Part shown: one piece after another, positions 51,997 through 60,718 of the stretch | Numbering within the stretch: the first letter of the stretch is position 1 | How the letters are laid out: each line of letters opens with the position of its first letter | Program-made: the position numbers and the translations under genes | NCBI GenBank assembly: GCA_965213625.1 | Contig: CBDBZU010000004.1 | Location: forward strand, 3,168,001 to 3,232,000 | Length of the DNA stretch: 64,000 nt | Direction: 5' to 3' | DNA from: a bacterium | Lineage (GTDB): Bacteria > UBA8248 | The notes under the pieces: model-generated | The model's input: only the letters and a program-made list of their open reading frames with translations | What the model was told of the DNA's origin: nothing | Databases searched by the model: none

Positions 51997-53108
51997 TGGC
52001 CAGGCGCAACATGCCCTTGTGGGCGGTCATCATGGCGGGAGGCTCGGGAACGCGCTTCTGGCCCGTGAGCAGAAAGGCGAAGCCCAAGCAATTCCTCCCA
52101 CCGGGCGGGGGGATTCCTCTCAATAACGCCGGGCCCTCGCTGCTCGAAATGACGCTTAAGCGCATTCGCGGCCTCGCCCCGCCTGCGCGGACGCTCATCA
52201 TGGCCTCGGCGGCGCACCGGAAATTCTTGAGAGAACTCGACATCCCCAAGCGCAACGTCGTCTACGAGCCTGCGGCCAAAAACACCACGCCCTGCCTCGG
52301 CCTGGCGGCCCGCCTCATCGAATCGAGAGAGCCGGGCGCGCTCATGTGCGCCGTGCCCGCAGACCAGTTCGTCGGAAAAACGGGAGAGTTTCGAAAACTC
52401 GTCAAGGCGGGCGGGCGCCTGGCGTGCGAGCACGGATCGATAGTCTCGCTCGGGGTGACGCCGCACTCGCCAGAGACCGGTTACGGCTATATCGAGCGAG
52501 GCGAGCGCCTCACTACCAAAGTCGAAACAGAGGCTTTCCGCGTAAAGCGGTTCCGGGAAAAGCCACCGCTCGCACGAGCCAAAAGATATGCGGCATCCGG
52601 AAAACATTACTGGAACAGCGGCATCTTCGTCTCACAGGCCGCCCGCCTGATCGATGAACTCGAGGCCCACCAGCCCCGTCTGAGTGCGGCAATAAGCCGT
52701 GCGGCATCCGCGCACGAGAAACGCGACACCGCTTCTTTTGCGAAATTGTGGGAGAAGTGCGAGTCCATCAGCATCGATCATGCTGTGATGGAGAAATCGC
52801 GGAACCTCATCGTCTTGCCGGCCGACATCGGCTGGAGCGATCTCGGTACGTGGCCGGCTCTACGAGGCGTTTTGCCGCGCGATGAGGCCGGCAATGTCTG
52901 GATACTGCCCAGGGGAGGCAAAACTGAATCCATCGACGCGAGTAACCTTATCGTCCGCTCGAACAAGAAATTCGTCGCCGCAATCGGGGTCGAGGACATC
53001 ATCGTCGTCGAGACGGACGATGCGCTACTCATCTGCTCGATGGCGGATGCGGAAAATATCGGCGAGATGGTGAAAAATCTCGGAAAAGACGGCGCCAGAT
53101 TGCTATGA
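51996..53108 (+). CDS. manC: Mannose-1-phosphate guanylyltransferase (no cupin PMI domain)
   Basis: MAGGSGTRFWP, ETGYGYI, FREKP, WNSGIF, SIDHAVMEK, WSDLG. Confidence 0.92.
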   Translation: MARRNMPLWAVIMAGGSGTRFWPVSRKAKPKQFLPPGGGIPLNNAGPSLLEMTLKRIRGLAPPARTLIMASAAHRKFLRELDIPKRNVVYEPAAKNTTPCLGLAARLIESREPGALMCAVPADQFVGKTGEFRKLVKAGGRLACEHGSIVSLGVTPHSPETGYGYIERGERLTTKVETEAFRVKRFREKPPLARAKRYAASGKHYWNSGIFVSQAARLIDELEAHQPRLSAAISRAASAHEKRDTASFAKLWEKCESISIDHAVMEKSRNLIVLPADIGWSDLGTWPALRGVLPRDEAGNVWILPRGGKTESIDASNLIVRSNKKFVAAIGVEDIIVVETDDALLICSMADAENIGEMVKNLGKDGARLL

Positions 53109-53130
53109 ACCGCCCACCGGAAGATTAAAC

Positions 53131-53937
53131 ATGCTCTGGGAACACGCCCTCATTCTCGGCGTCGTGCAAGGCCTGACCGAGTTTCTGCCTGTCAGCAGTT
53201 CGGGACACCTCGTTCTGGGCCAGAACATTCTCGGGCTGAATGAACCCGAGTTGCTCTTCGACGTCCTGCTCCACGTCGGCACGCTCGCCGCCGTACTCGT
53301 CTTCTACGGAAAAGACCTCTGGCGCATCGCGCGGGGGTGGTGCGCGTCCCTGGCGGGGAGGGAATCAGACAACGGCGCGGCCAGAACCGGCTGGCTCCTG
53401 ATTCTCGGCTCGGTTCCTGCGGGGATTGTGGGCGTCTTTCTGGGTGGTCTGGTCGAGCACATGTTCGCCTCACCCAGGCTCGCCGCCTGCGCGCTGCTCG
53501 TGACGGGCGGCATTCTATGCCTGAGCGAACCCCGGGAGGGCGCAGGCCGTGGAGAAGCCGAAATGACGGCCAAAGACGCCCTCATCATCGGCGTTTTTCA
53601 GGCGTTCGCCATAATTCCGGGTATCTCGCGCTCGGGGGCGACCATCGCCGCCGCCCTCATGCGCGGGGTGGCGCGTGAGCAGGCCGCGCGCTTCAGCTTC
53701 CTGCTCTCGGTACCCGCCATTCTGGGCGCATTCGCGCTAAAAATAAAAGACCTGGAGGGCCCGCTCGGCGCAAAGCTGCTCCCCTACGCCGTCGGCGCGC
53801 TCGCCGCGGCGGTCGTCGGGGCGGTCGCCCTGGGATGGCTCATCCGGCTCGTGCGGGGCGGCAACCTGTCGCGCTTTCGCTACTACTGCTGGGGTGCGGG
53901 CGCACTGGCACTGCTCTACCTGTTCACTACGGGTTAG
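53131..53937 (+). CDS. uppP: Undecaprenyl-diphosphate phosphatase (BacA)
   Basis: QGLTEFLPVSSSGH, PGISRSG, FSFLLSVP. Confidence 0.95.
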   Translation: MLWEHALILGVVQGLTEFLPVSSSGHLVLGQNILGLNEPELLFDVLLHVGTLAAVLVFYGKDLWRIARGWCASLAGRESDNGAARTGWLLILGSVPAGIVGVFLGGLVEHMFASPRLAACALLVTGGILCLSEPREGAGRGEAEMTAKDALIIGVFQAFAIIPGISRSGATIAAALMRGVAREQAARFSFLLSVPAILGAFALKIKDLEGPLGAKLLPYAVGALAAAVVGAVALGWLIRLVRGGNLSRFRYYCWGAGALALLYLFTTG

Positions 53938-53947
53938 CGATGCTCGC

Positions 53948-54562
53948 CTAGTGCATGGGCGAGAAGGAAGAAGGCACCCAGATTTCTGAGTTCTGCGTGT
54001 CCAGGAACGGACGCGAGCCCGGAGGCCAGTTCGGCAGTTCGTGCGCTTTCTGGCGAATCTCGGCGCGGTGGTTCATGTCCTCATACGCCCAGACGTGAAT
54101 CCACTGGTTGAGGGGCCCCACGTCGGTCATGAAGAGCGCCGCCAGCGGGGAGAGCTCTTCCCTCGCCGCGATGTGCTCGGTCCAGCGGCTCAGGACCTCA
54201 CCCGTCTTGCCGGGCTGCACGGTGTAGGTTCTGAACTCATATACGCCGCCATACGCCCCCAGGCGCGGCTCGGGACGGAACGGGGGAGCCGTCAAAACCT
54301 TGCTCTCCTGCTCGAGTATGAGATGCCCGTTGGGCGGCGGCCACCAGTCCATCGACACCGTCTTGGCCCGCACCTCGGCGCGGTGATCCATGCTCTCGTA
54401 CTGCCAGATGTGCCTGACGCGGTTCAGGTCCCCGACCTCGGTATGGAAAAATCCCATGATCGGAGAAACCTCGTTTCTCTTGTCGATGACTTTTGAAAAA
54501 TTCTCCTCGAACTCGGCCACGCCGCCGACGGTCAACCGATAAGTGCGCATTTCATAAATCAT
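53948..54562 (-). CDS. NIPSNAP-family protein with two tandem domains
   Basis: Two repeats: YEMRTY...HIWQYES..HRAEVR and YEFRTY...HVWAYED..HRAEIR; GGAGG RBS. Confidence 0.88.
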   Translation of the reverse strand: MIYEMRTYRLTVGGVAEFEENFSKVIDKRNEVSPIMGFFHTEVGDLNRVRHIWQYESMDHRAEVRAKTVSMDWWPPPNGHLILEQESKVLTAPPFRPEPRLGAYGGVYEFRTYTVQPGKTGEVLSRWTEHIAAREELSPLAALFMTDVGPLNQWIHVWAYEDMNHRAEIRQKAHELPNWPPGSRPFLDTQNSEIWVPSSFSPMH

Positions 54563-54773
54563 GCAACCTTCCTCCCGAATGGTTGTTGAAAAGGGATACG
54601 CCCCGAAGTTTAGGCTCTGGCGGCCCGGCGGGCAAGGACGAGAGGGCTTTATTCGCACCGAATCATTCACGCAAGCGCGAGCGGCGAAACCTCCCTGTTC
54701 AGGGTTGTTGGATTAGTCCTCCTCGCTCGAATTTGACCGCCTCCGGAATGACGAACAAAGCCGCACCGCCTTG

Positions 54774-56291
54774 GGTCTGTTGAAAAACCCGGTGTTGGAA
54801 GCGGGCGTTTTGGCGGCTCACGCGGCGGCGGAGAGGCAGCCCAATCGGCGCGTGAGGGCGCCATGTGTGCGCAGACGGCGTCTCCAGGCGGCACAGACCC
54901 TCCAGAGGGCGAATAAACGCGCCGCAAAAGCGGCGGCCAGCCGCTTGAGGTTCACCGCTATCGCCGTCAGGTAGGACTGGATCCTCATGTTCGCAAGGCC
55001 CCGGCGCACCGCCCGCCCCAGTCCGTGCCAACTCTTCGCCTCGCCGTGGTAGCCCTCCGAGCGCCAACGGTGGCGGTCGTAGAGCCGCTTCTCCTCCTCC
55101 CCCCATCGCAAATGGCGACGACGCGCGCGCAACAGCGCCGGATACGCGTTGGGAATCAACACCGCCTTGCTCGTTTGCGACTTCGACAGACAATCGGACC
55201 TGAGCGCGCAGCCCGCGCAATCCCGCGTCTTCGATACATAGGAGCGCCCCCGCTCCGTCGCCTGCCGGGGACGCAGCGTCTTGCCTCCCGGACACTTCAC
55301 CACCTCGTTGCGCGCATCGTAGTGGAACAACTGCAGCGGAACACGGCTCTGGCTGGGTTCCTTCTTCGCTGGTATCAGCGCTTCCACGCCCCGCCGCTCC
55401 AATTCGCCATAAACCTTCGAGTACGCGTAGCCCGAATCCGCCGTCACCATCTCCGGCGCGCGGCCCGACAACTCGCTTACCGCCTCTATATGGGACGCCA
55501 TCATCTCACGCTCGTTCCGCGTCCCCTCCGTCACCGACACGTCGAGAACAACACCCCGCTCATCGTCCACCGCCGCGTGCTGCTTGTAGCTCGGCTCGAA
55601 CCCCGCCCGCGCGCTCTTGCGCGCAAGCCGCGCGTCCGGGTCCGTCCGGCTCACCCGACCCCCGCCACCGCGGCCTCCTCCCTTCTTCTCCCCCTCATCA
55701 TCGACGGGATTCTCCCGAATCACCTTCTCCGCGTGGTGCGCCGCCAGACTCTCCCAGCTCACGTCCGCGCGTATCAACGAGGCGTCCACGTGTACCACTT
55801 CCCCCTTCGCCACATTCGCCTCCAGGCAAGCCTGCACCGTGCGACGGAATATCTCCTTGAACCGAGCCTCCCCCCACCGCTGACGAATCCGCGTCAGGCT
55901 CGAATGATGCGGCAAATCCTCGTGCAGCCCGTACCCGATGAACCACCGGATCGCCAGGTGCGCACGCGCCTCGCGAAGCAGACGCCGGTCGTGTACGTAG
56001 CCCAGCAACATACCCGCCAGCATCAGGCGCAACGCCACCTCCGGGTCGATCCCCGGTCGACCGTTATCCGCGCAATAGCAATCCGCCACCTCCGCGCGAA
56101 GCCAACTCAAATCCAGTACGCGGTCCACGCGCATCAGGACGTGATCCTCGGGGATCAACCGTTCCAGCGAACCGGCCACGAACAAATCCATCTGCTCGCG
56201 CCCCTTGCTGCCTATCATCTCGGGAACTCCCATCTCGGGCGAGATAGTGTCATTACACCCAATCACAATGCCGGGGGTTTTTCAACAGCCC
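54774..56291 (-). mobile_element. IS1182-family insertion sequence, apparently intact (~1.52 kb)
   Basis: Terminal IRs GGTCTGTTGAAAAACCC / GGGCTGTTGAAAAACCC (16/17); direct repeat CGCCTTG at 54767-54773 and 56292-56298; single transposase. Confidence 0.9.
54818..56218 (-). CDS. IS1182-family DDE transposase
   Basis: DUF772-like N-terminus (LIPEDH..., GRPGIDP, LPHHSSLTRIRQR), VDAS, TDPDA, ADSGY, Cys-rich insertion, RWRSEGYHGEAK. Confidence 0.92.
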   Translation of the reverse strand: MIGSKGREQMDLFVAGSLERLIPEDHVLMRVDRVLDLSWLRAEVADCYCADNGRPGIDPEVALRLMLAGMLLGYVHDRRLLREARAHLAIRWFIGYGLHEDLPHHSSLTRIRQRWGEARFKEIFRRTVQACLEANVAKGEVVHVDASLIRADVSWESLAAHHAEKVIRENPVDDEGEKKGGGRGGGGRVSRTDPDARLARKSARAGFEPSYKQHAAVDDERGVVLDVSVTEGTRNEREMMASHIEAVSELSGRAPEMVTADSGYAYSKVYGELERRGVEALIPAKKEPSQSRVPLQLFHYDARNEVVKCPGGKTLRPRQATERGRSYVSKTRDCAGCALRSDCLSKSQTSKAVLIPNAYPALLRARRRHLRWGEEEKRLYDRHRWRSEGYHGEAKSWHGLGRAVRRGLANMRIQSYLTAIAVNLKRLAAAFAARLFALWRVCAAWRRRLRTHGALTRRLGCLSAAA

Positions 56292-56415
56292 CGCCTTGCA
56301 GGGACACGGTTCCTCTCTGTTCGGTAGGGTCAAACCCTCGATACGGCGCGCAAGCGCGCCTACTCGGAATGAGAATGGATTTTCCTCGCGCGCCGCACGC
56401 GGTTTTCCGGCAGGC

Positions 56416-56931
56416 CTAGGCGAGTTCTTTCGGCAGGACGAAGTCGGTGAGAATCGCCGCGCCTTCTCGCAGCGCGGACCAACGCTCCGCATCGAGCGCG
56501 AACGCGGCCAGGGCGGCGGTCGGGAACTTCTCGCCCATACGTCGGCGCATCAGCTCGGGTCCGCCGCCGCAAATTCTGGCGGCGAGGTCTTCGAGCCCCG
56601 GGTTGTGGGCGATGACCAGGACACAATCAACGGCGCTTTCGACCCGTTTGAGGCGTCTGAGCAGGGTTGCCGTGTCCGCTCCGTAGAGACCACTCTCGAT
56701 GCGCACAACGGCGTCGCGAGCAAGGCCGGGCAACATCAGGGCCAGGGTCTCACGGGTGCGCAGGGCGGCCGAGTACAGGATGAGGTCGGGCAACACGCCG
56801 CCATGCGCAAGATGCCGGGCGATCAGCGGCGCCGCGCGGCGACCGCGTTCGTTCAGAGGGCGATCGAAATCGGACAACCCCGGCTCCGACCATCTCGACT
56901 TGGCATGCCGCAGCAGGAAAAGAGTCTTCAT
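56416..56931 (-). CDS. SixA-like histidine phosphatase
   Basis: LLRHAKS, DFDRPLNERG, SAALRTRET, AHNPG. Confidence 0.88.
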   Translation of the reverse strand: MKTLFLLRHAKSRWSEPGLSDFDRPLNERGRRAAPLIARHLAHGGVLPDLILYSAALRTRETLALMLPGLARDAVVRIESGLYGADTATLLRRLKRVESAVDCVLVIAHNPGLEDLAARICGGGPELMRRRMGEKFPTAALAAFALDAERWSALREGAAILTDFVLPKELA

Positions 56932-57079
56932 GGCTCCGTCCGTGTCACGATGGTTTTACCCGATGCGGGCCATTGTCCTTCAGGCGGGAAAGAGCGTCAA
57001 TTGCAACGCAGTCAACGACGACGGCACCTCTTGTTCCCGTAAAACCGGACAAAATAAATCAGGGATTTCTCAACAACCC

Positions 57080-57784
57080 CTACTCGCCGAGATAGGCATC
57101 GCGGACGGCGGGCGAATCGCGCAAAACGTCCGGCGCATCGCCCATGATGATCCGCCCCGTCTCCATCACGTAGGCCCAGTCCGAGAAATTGAGGGCCAGG
57201 TGCGCGTTCTGCTCCACGAGAAAAATGCCCGTGCCCTCGTCGCGAATCCGCGCCAGGACTTCGAAGATGGTCTCGATAATCCGGGGCGCGAGGCCCAAGG
57301 AGGGTTCATCGAGCAGGAGAAGTCTGGGCCTCGACATCAGGGCGCGGGCGATGGCCAGCATCTGCTGCTCCCCGCCCGAGAGCGTGCCGCCCCGCTGGGC
57401 GCGCCGCTCGTGGAGCACGGGGAACAGGGAGCAGACGTAATCGAGGTCGTCTTTCACGCCTGCGGCGTCGTTTCTCAAAAATGCGCCCATCTCCAGGTTT
57501 TCGAGCACGGTCAGGAGCGGAAAGATGCGCCTGCCCTCCGGCACCTGGCAAATACCGCGCCTCACGATTTCGTCCGGCTCCTGCGCGTGGATGGCCTCGC
57601 CCTCGAGCAGTATCTCGCCCTGGTTGACGGCGTTGACGCCGCTGATAGCCATCAGGGTGGAGGACTTGCCCGCTCCGTTGCTGCCGATGAGGCAGACGAC
57701 CTGGCCTGCGCGCACCTCCATCGACACGCCCTGTAGCGCATGGATGTGGCCGTAGTAGAAATGGACATCCCTCAGTTCAAGCAT
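57080..57784 (-). CDS. livF: Branched-chain amino acid ABC transporter ATPase LivF
   Basis: GSNGAGKS, VPEGRRIF, LSGGEQQM, VEQN, AYLG. Confidence 0.92.
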   Translation of the reverse strand: MLELRDVHFYYGHIHALQGVSMEVRAGQVVCLIGSNGAGKSSTLMAISGVNAVNQGEILLEGEAIHAQEPDEIVRRGICQVPEGRRIFPLLTVLENLEMGAFLRNDAAGVKDDLDYVCSLFPVLHERRAQRGGTLSGGEQQMLAIARALMSRPRLLLLDEPSLGLAPRIIETIFEVLARIRDEGTGIFLVEQNAHLALNFSDWAYVMETGRIIMGDAPDVLRDSPAVRDAYLGE

Positions 57785-58553
57785 TGGAGGTTCCCAGATA
57801 GGCTTCCAGCACCTTGGGGTCGCGCCGCACTTCGGCGGGGGTCCCGTCCGCTATCTTTTCCCCATGATCCAAGACGACCACGCGATCCGAGATGCCCATG
57901 ACCACCTTCATGTCGTGTTCGATCAGCAAAATGGTGACGCCGCGATCGCGAATCGCCAGTATCAACTCGTTGAGCACGCCCTTCTCGCTCGGGTTCATGC
58001 CCGCGGCGGGCTCGTCGAGCAGCAAGAGGCTGGGTTCGCTCGCCAGGGCGCGGGCTATCTCGAGCCTTCTCTGATCCCCGTAGGAGAGCGCCTCGGCCAT
58101 CCCCGAGGCGTAGGCGTCGATGCCCGTGAACTCGAGCAGCTCCATGGATTCATCCACAGCCCGGCGCTCCTCCACCACCATGCCGGGGAGCCTGAAAATC
58201 GCGCCGACCGGGCCGGTGCGCATCTTGCAATGGCGTCCGACGAGGACGTTTTCCAGCACCGTCATCCCCCGGAACAGGCGAATGTTCTGGAACGTGCGCG
58301 CGATGCCCCGGCTCGTAACGGCGCTGGGCTTGAGCCCCACGAGATTTTTGCCCTTGAAGATGACGTCGCCCTCGGTGGGCGCGTACAAGCCGGTAACCAC
58401 GTTGAAGGCCGTCGTCTTGCCGGCACCGTTCGGGCCGATGAGGCCGAGCACCTCGCCCTCGTGCACGTTCAGATCCAGAGAATCGAGCGCCACCACGCCG
58501 CCGAAACGCCGCGTGAGCTTTTTCAGCATCAAAAGACGCACGATTGGTTTCAT
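57777..58553 (-). CDS. livG: Branched-chain amino acid ABC transporter ATPase LivG
   Basis: GPNGAGKT, ARTFQNIRLF, LSYGDQRRLE, DEPAAG, EHDM. Confidence 0.92.
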   Translation of the reverse strand: MKPIVRLLMLKKLTRRFGGVVALDSLDLNVHEGEVLGLIGPNGAGKTTAFNVVTGLYAPTEGDVIFKGKNLVGLKPSAVTSRGIARTFQNIRLFRGMTVLENVLVGRHCKMRTGPVGAIFRLPGMVVEERRAVDESMELLEFTGIDAYASGMAEALSYGDQRRLEIARALASEPSLLLLDEPAAGMNPSEKGVLNELILAIRDRGVTILLIEHDMKVVMGISDRVVVLDHGEKIADGTPAEVRRDPKVLEAYLGTSNA

Positions 58554-59731
58554 CTCCCCGCACCCGCCTTGTCTTGAGGTTCGTCCCGTTCGATATGGTG
58601 GCGCCGACCCTTTGCCTGCAGCAGTCCCTGGGGTCTCAGCACCATCATCAACACCATGGCGCCGCCCAGGAGCATGGGCCGGAAAAGCGTGAGTTCCCTG
58701 AGCGCCTCGGGCAGCACGGTGAGGATGAAAGCGCCGAGCATGACGCCCGGAATGCTCGCCATGCCGCCCAGCACCACCATGCACAAGATGATGACGGATT
58801 CAAAAAAAGTGAAACTCTCCGGCGAGATGAACGTCTGCTTCGCGGAGAAGACGACACCCCCGAATCCGGCCCAGGCGGCTCCGAATGCGAAGGCGGAGAG
58901 CTTCGTGTAGACGATGTTGACGCCCATGCACTCGGCCACCGTCTCGTCCTCGCGCATCGCCGCCCAGGCGCGGCCCAGGCGGCTCTTGTCGAGTCGGTTC
59001 ACGATGAAGATGGTGACGATGCACAAGATGACCACGAGGTAGTAGAAGTGCATGGGCTTGTAGAGGCGCATATCGCCCAGATAGGGGCGTCCGATGCCCA
59101 GGATGCCGTTCGGGCCCTGCGTCACGTTGTCCCAGTTGTTGAGAACGAGACGGATGATCTCGCCGAAGCCGAGCGTGACGATGGCGAGATAATCGCCCCG
59201 GAGCCTCAGGACGGGGATACCCAGAATGATACCGAACAGGGCGGAGCAGGCCACGCCTACCCCCAAAGCAGGCCAGAAGGAAAGCCCGTACCAGCTGTTC
59301 AACAGCGCGTAGGAATACGCCCCCACGGCGTAGAAGGCCACATAGCCCAGATCCAGAAGACCGGCGAAGCCGACCACCACGTTCAGCCCCAGGGCGAGCA
59401 TGATATAGATGCCGGTGATGACGAGCACATCGGTGGAGTAACGGTCGAGAATCCAGGGAAGCGCGATGATGAAGAGCAGGAACAGGCTGAAATATCGCTT
59501 GTCGTAGAATTTCTCCTCGATGAAGCCCCAGGAGGTTGTGAACTTCTCCTTCACCAAGACAGCGGGCCCCGCCAGCAAACCGGACTGCACGCTCGCCCGC
59601 GTCGCGTTCACCACGAAGACCACGGCGGCGCAACCCAGTCCTACCCAGAGGCTGTTCTTCCACCCCGCCAGGGGCAGCGCCAGGAAGGCAAACCAAAGGC
59701 CGATGAGCGGCACTCTCGCGTATGCGCTCAT
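58550..59731 (-). CDS. livM: Branched-chain amino acid ABC permease LivM
   Basis: GLLDLGYVAFY, LRGDYLAIVTLGFGEI, VVLGG. Confidence 0.92.
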   Translation of the reverse strand: MSAYARVPLIGLWFAFLALPLAGWKNSLWVGLGCAAVVFVVNATRASVQSGLLAGPAVLVKEKFTTSWGFIEEKFYDKRYFSLFLLFIIALPWILDRYSTDVLVITGIYIMLALGLNVVVGFAGLLDLGYVAFYAVGAYSYALLNSWYGLSFWPALGVGVACSALFGIILGIPVLRLRGDYLAIVTLGFGEIIRLVLNNWDNVTQGPNGILGIGRPYLGDMRLYKPMHFYYLVVILCIVTIFIVNRLDKSRLGRAWAAMREDETVAECMGVNIVYTKLSAFAFGAAWAGFGGVVFSAKQTFISPESFTFFESVIILCMVVLGGMASIPGVMLGAFILTVLPEALRELTLFRPMLLGGAMVLMMVLRPQGLLQAKGRRHHIERDEPQDKAGAGR

Positions 59732-60633
59732 GTCCTGTCCCCCCCGCCCGAGCCGCCCAGTATTCCCTCGGGCCGGAAGATGAGGACGACGACCAGCACC
59801 ATGAACGCGAAGACGTCCTTATAGACCGCGGAGACGTATCCCGCCCAGAAACTCTCCAGAAGCGCCAGCAGAAAGCCGCCCAGGAACGCTCCCGTCACGT
59901 TGCCAATGCCCCCCAGCACGGCGGCGGTGAACGCCTTCATACCCGCCACGAAGCCGATGTGATGGTTCACGATCCCGTAATACATGCCCACCATCACGCC
60001 GGCCACGGCGGCCAGCACGGAGCCGATGGCGAACGTGACCGCGATGACGCGGTTCACGTTCACGCCGACGAGCGAGGCCATCGTCCTGTCCTGGGCGGTG
60101 GCGCGCATGGCCTTACCGAGCTTCGTCTTCTTGATGAAAAGCTGGAGCATCGCCATGAGGCCCAGCGCCAGGATGAGGATGAATATCTGAAGCCCGTTCA
60201 CGTAAGCGCCGAAAAGCTGGAAACTCCCCAGTTCCAGCAGATTGGGAAACGCCTTGTCCCGCGCGCCCTGGACGACCTGCACGTAGTTCTGGAGAAAAAG
60301 ACTCATGCCTATCGCGCTGATGAGCGGGGAGAGCCTCGGCGCGCCCCGCAATGGGCGATAGGCCACGCGCTCCAAAGTGATGCCGTATGCGGCGCAATAG
60401 ACCATCGGGATGAGGAAAACGAGAACGATGCTGAGCGCCAAGCTCGTCTGCGTGAGGCCCATCGTCCCCAGCACCGCCAGGACGGAGATGCCGACGTACG
60501 CGCCAATCATGTAGATTTCGCCGTGGGCGAAATTGATGAGTTGCAGAATCCCGTAGACGAGCGTGTATCCCAGGGCGATCAGGGCATAAACTGCACCGAC
60601 GACAAGGCCGTTCACCAACTGTTGCGCAAACAT
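59728..60633 (-). CDS. livH: Branched-chain amino acid ABC permease LivH
   Basis: YALIALGYTLVYG, INFAHGE, KAFTAAVLGGIG. Confidence 0.93.
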   Translation of the reverse strand: MFAQQLVNGLVVGAVYALIALGYTLVYGILQLINFAHGEIYMIGAYVGISVLAVLGTMGLTQTSLALSIVLVFLIPMVYCAAYGITLERVAYRPLRGAPRLSPLISAIGMSLFLQNYVQVVQGARDKAFPNLLELGSFQLFGAYVNGLQIFILILALGLMAMLQLFIKKTKLGKAMRATAQDRTMASLVGVNVNRVIAVTFAIGSVLAAVAGVMVGMYYGIVNHHIGFVAGMKAFTAAVLGGIGNVTGAFLGGFLLALLESFWAGYVSAVYKDVFAFMVLVVVLIFRPEGILGGSGGGDRT

Positions 60634-60660
60634 AGAGAAATCTTCACATGGTTACGAGGC

Positions 60661-60690
60661 AAAAAGAAAGGGGAGGCTTTCGCCTCCCCT
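60661..60690 (-). terminator. Intrinsic terminator/attenuator between livK and livH
   Basis: Minus strand AGGGGAGGC-GAAA-GCCTCCCCT, a perfect 9-bp stem followed by TTCTTTTT. Confidence 0.8.
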
Positions 60691-60718
60691 CCCGCAATTC
60701 AACATGGCAATGCGCGCC

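Noticed and set aside
55025-56419. 464-aa ORF antisense to the transposase
   Set aside because: It is an Arg/His-rich shadow frame that runs across the IS end and has no recognisable domain.
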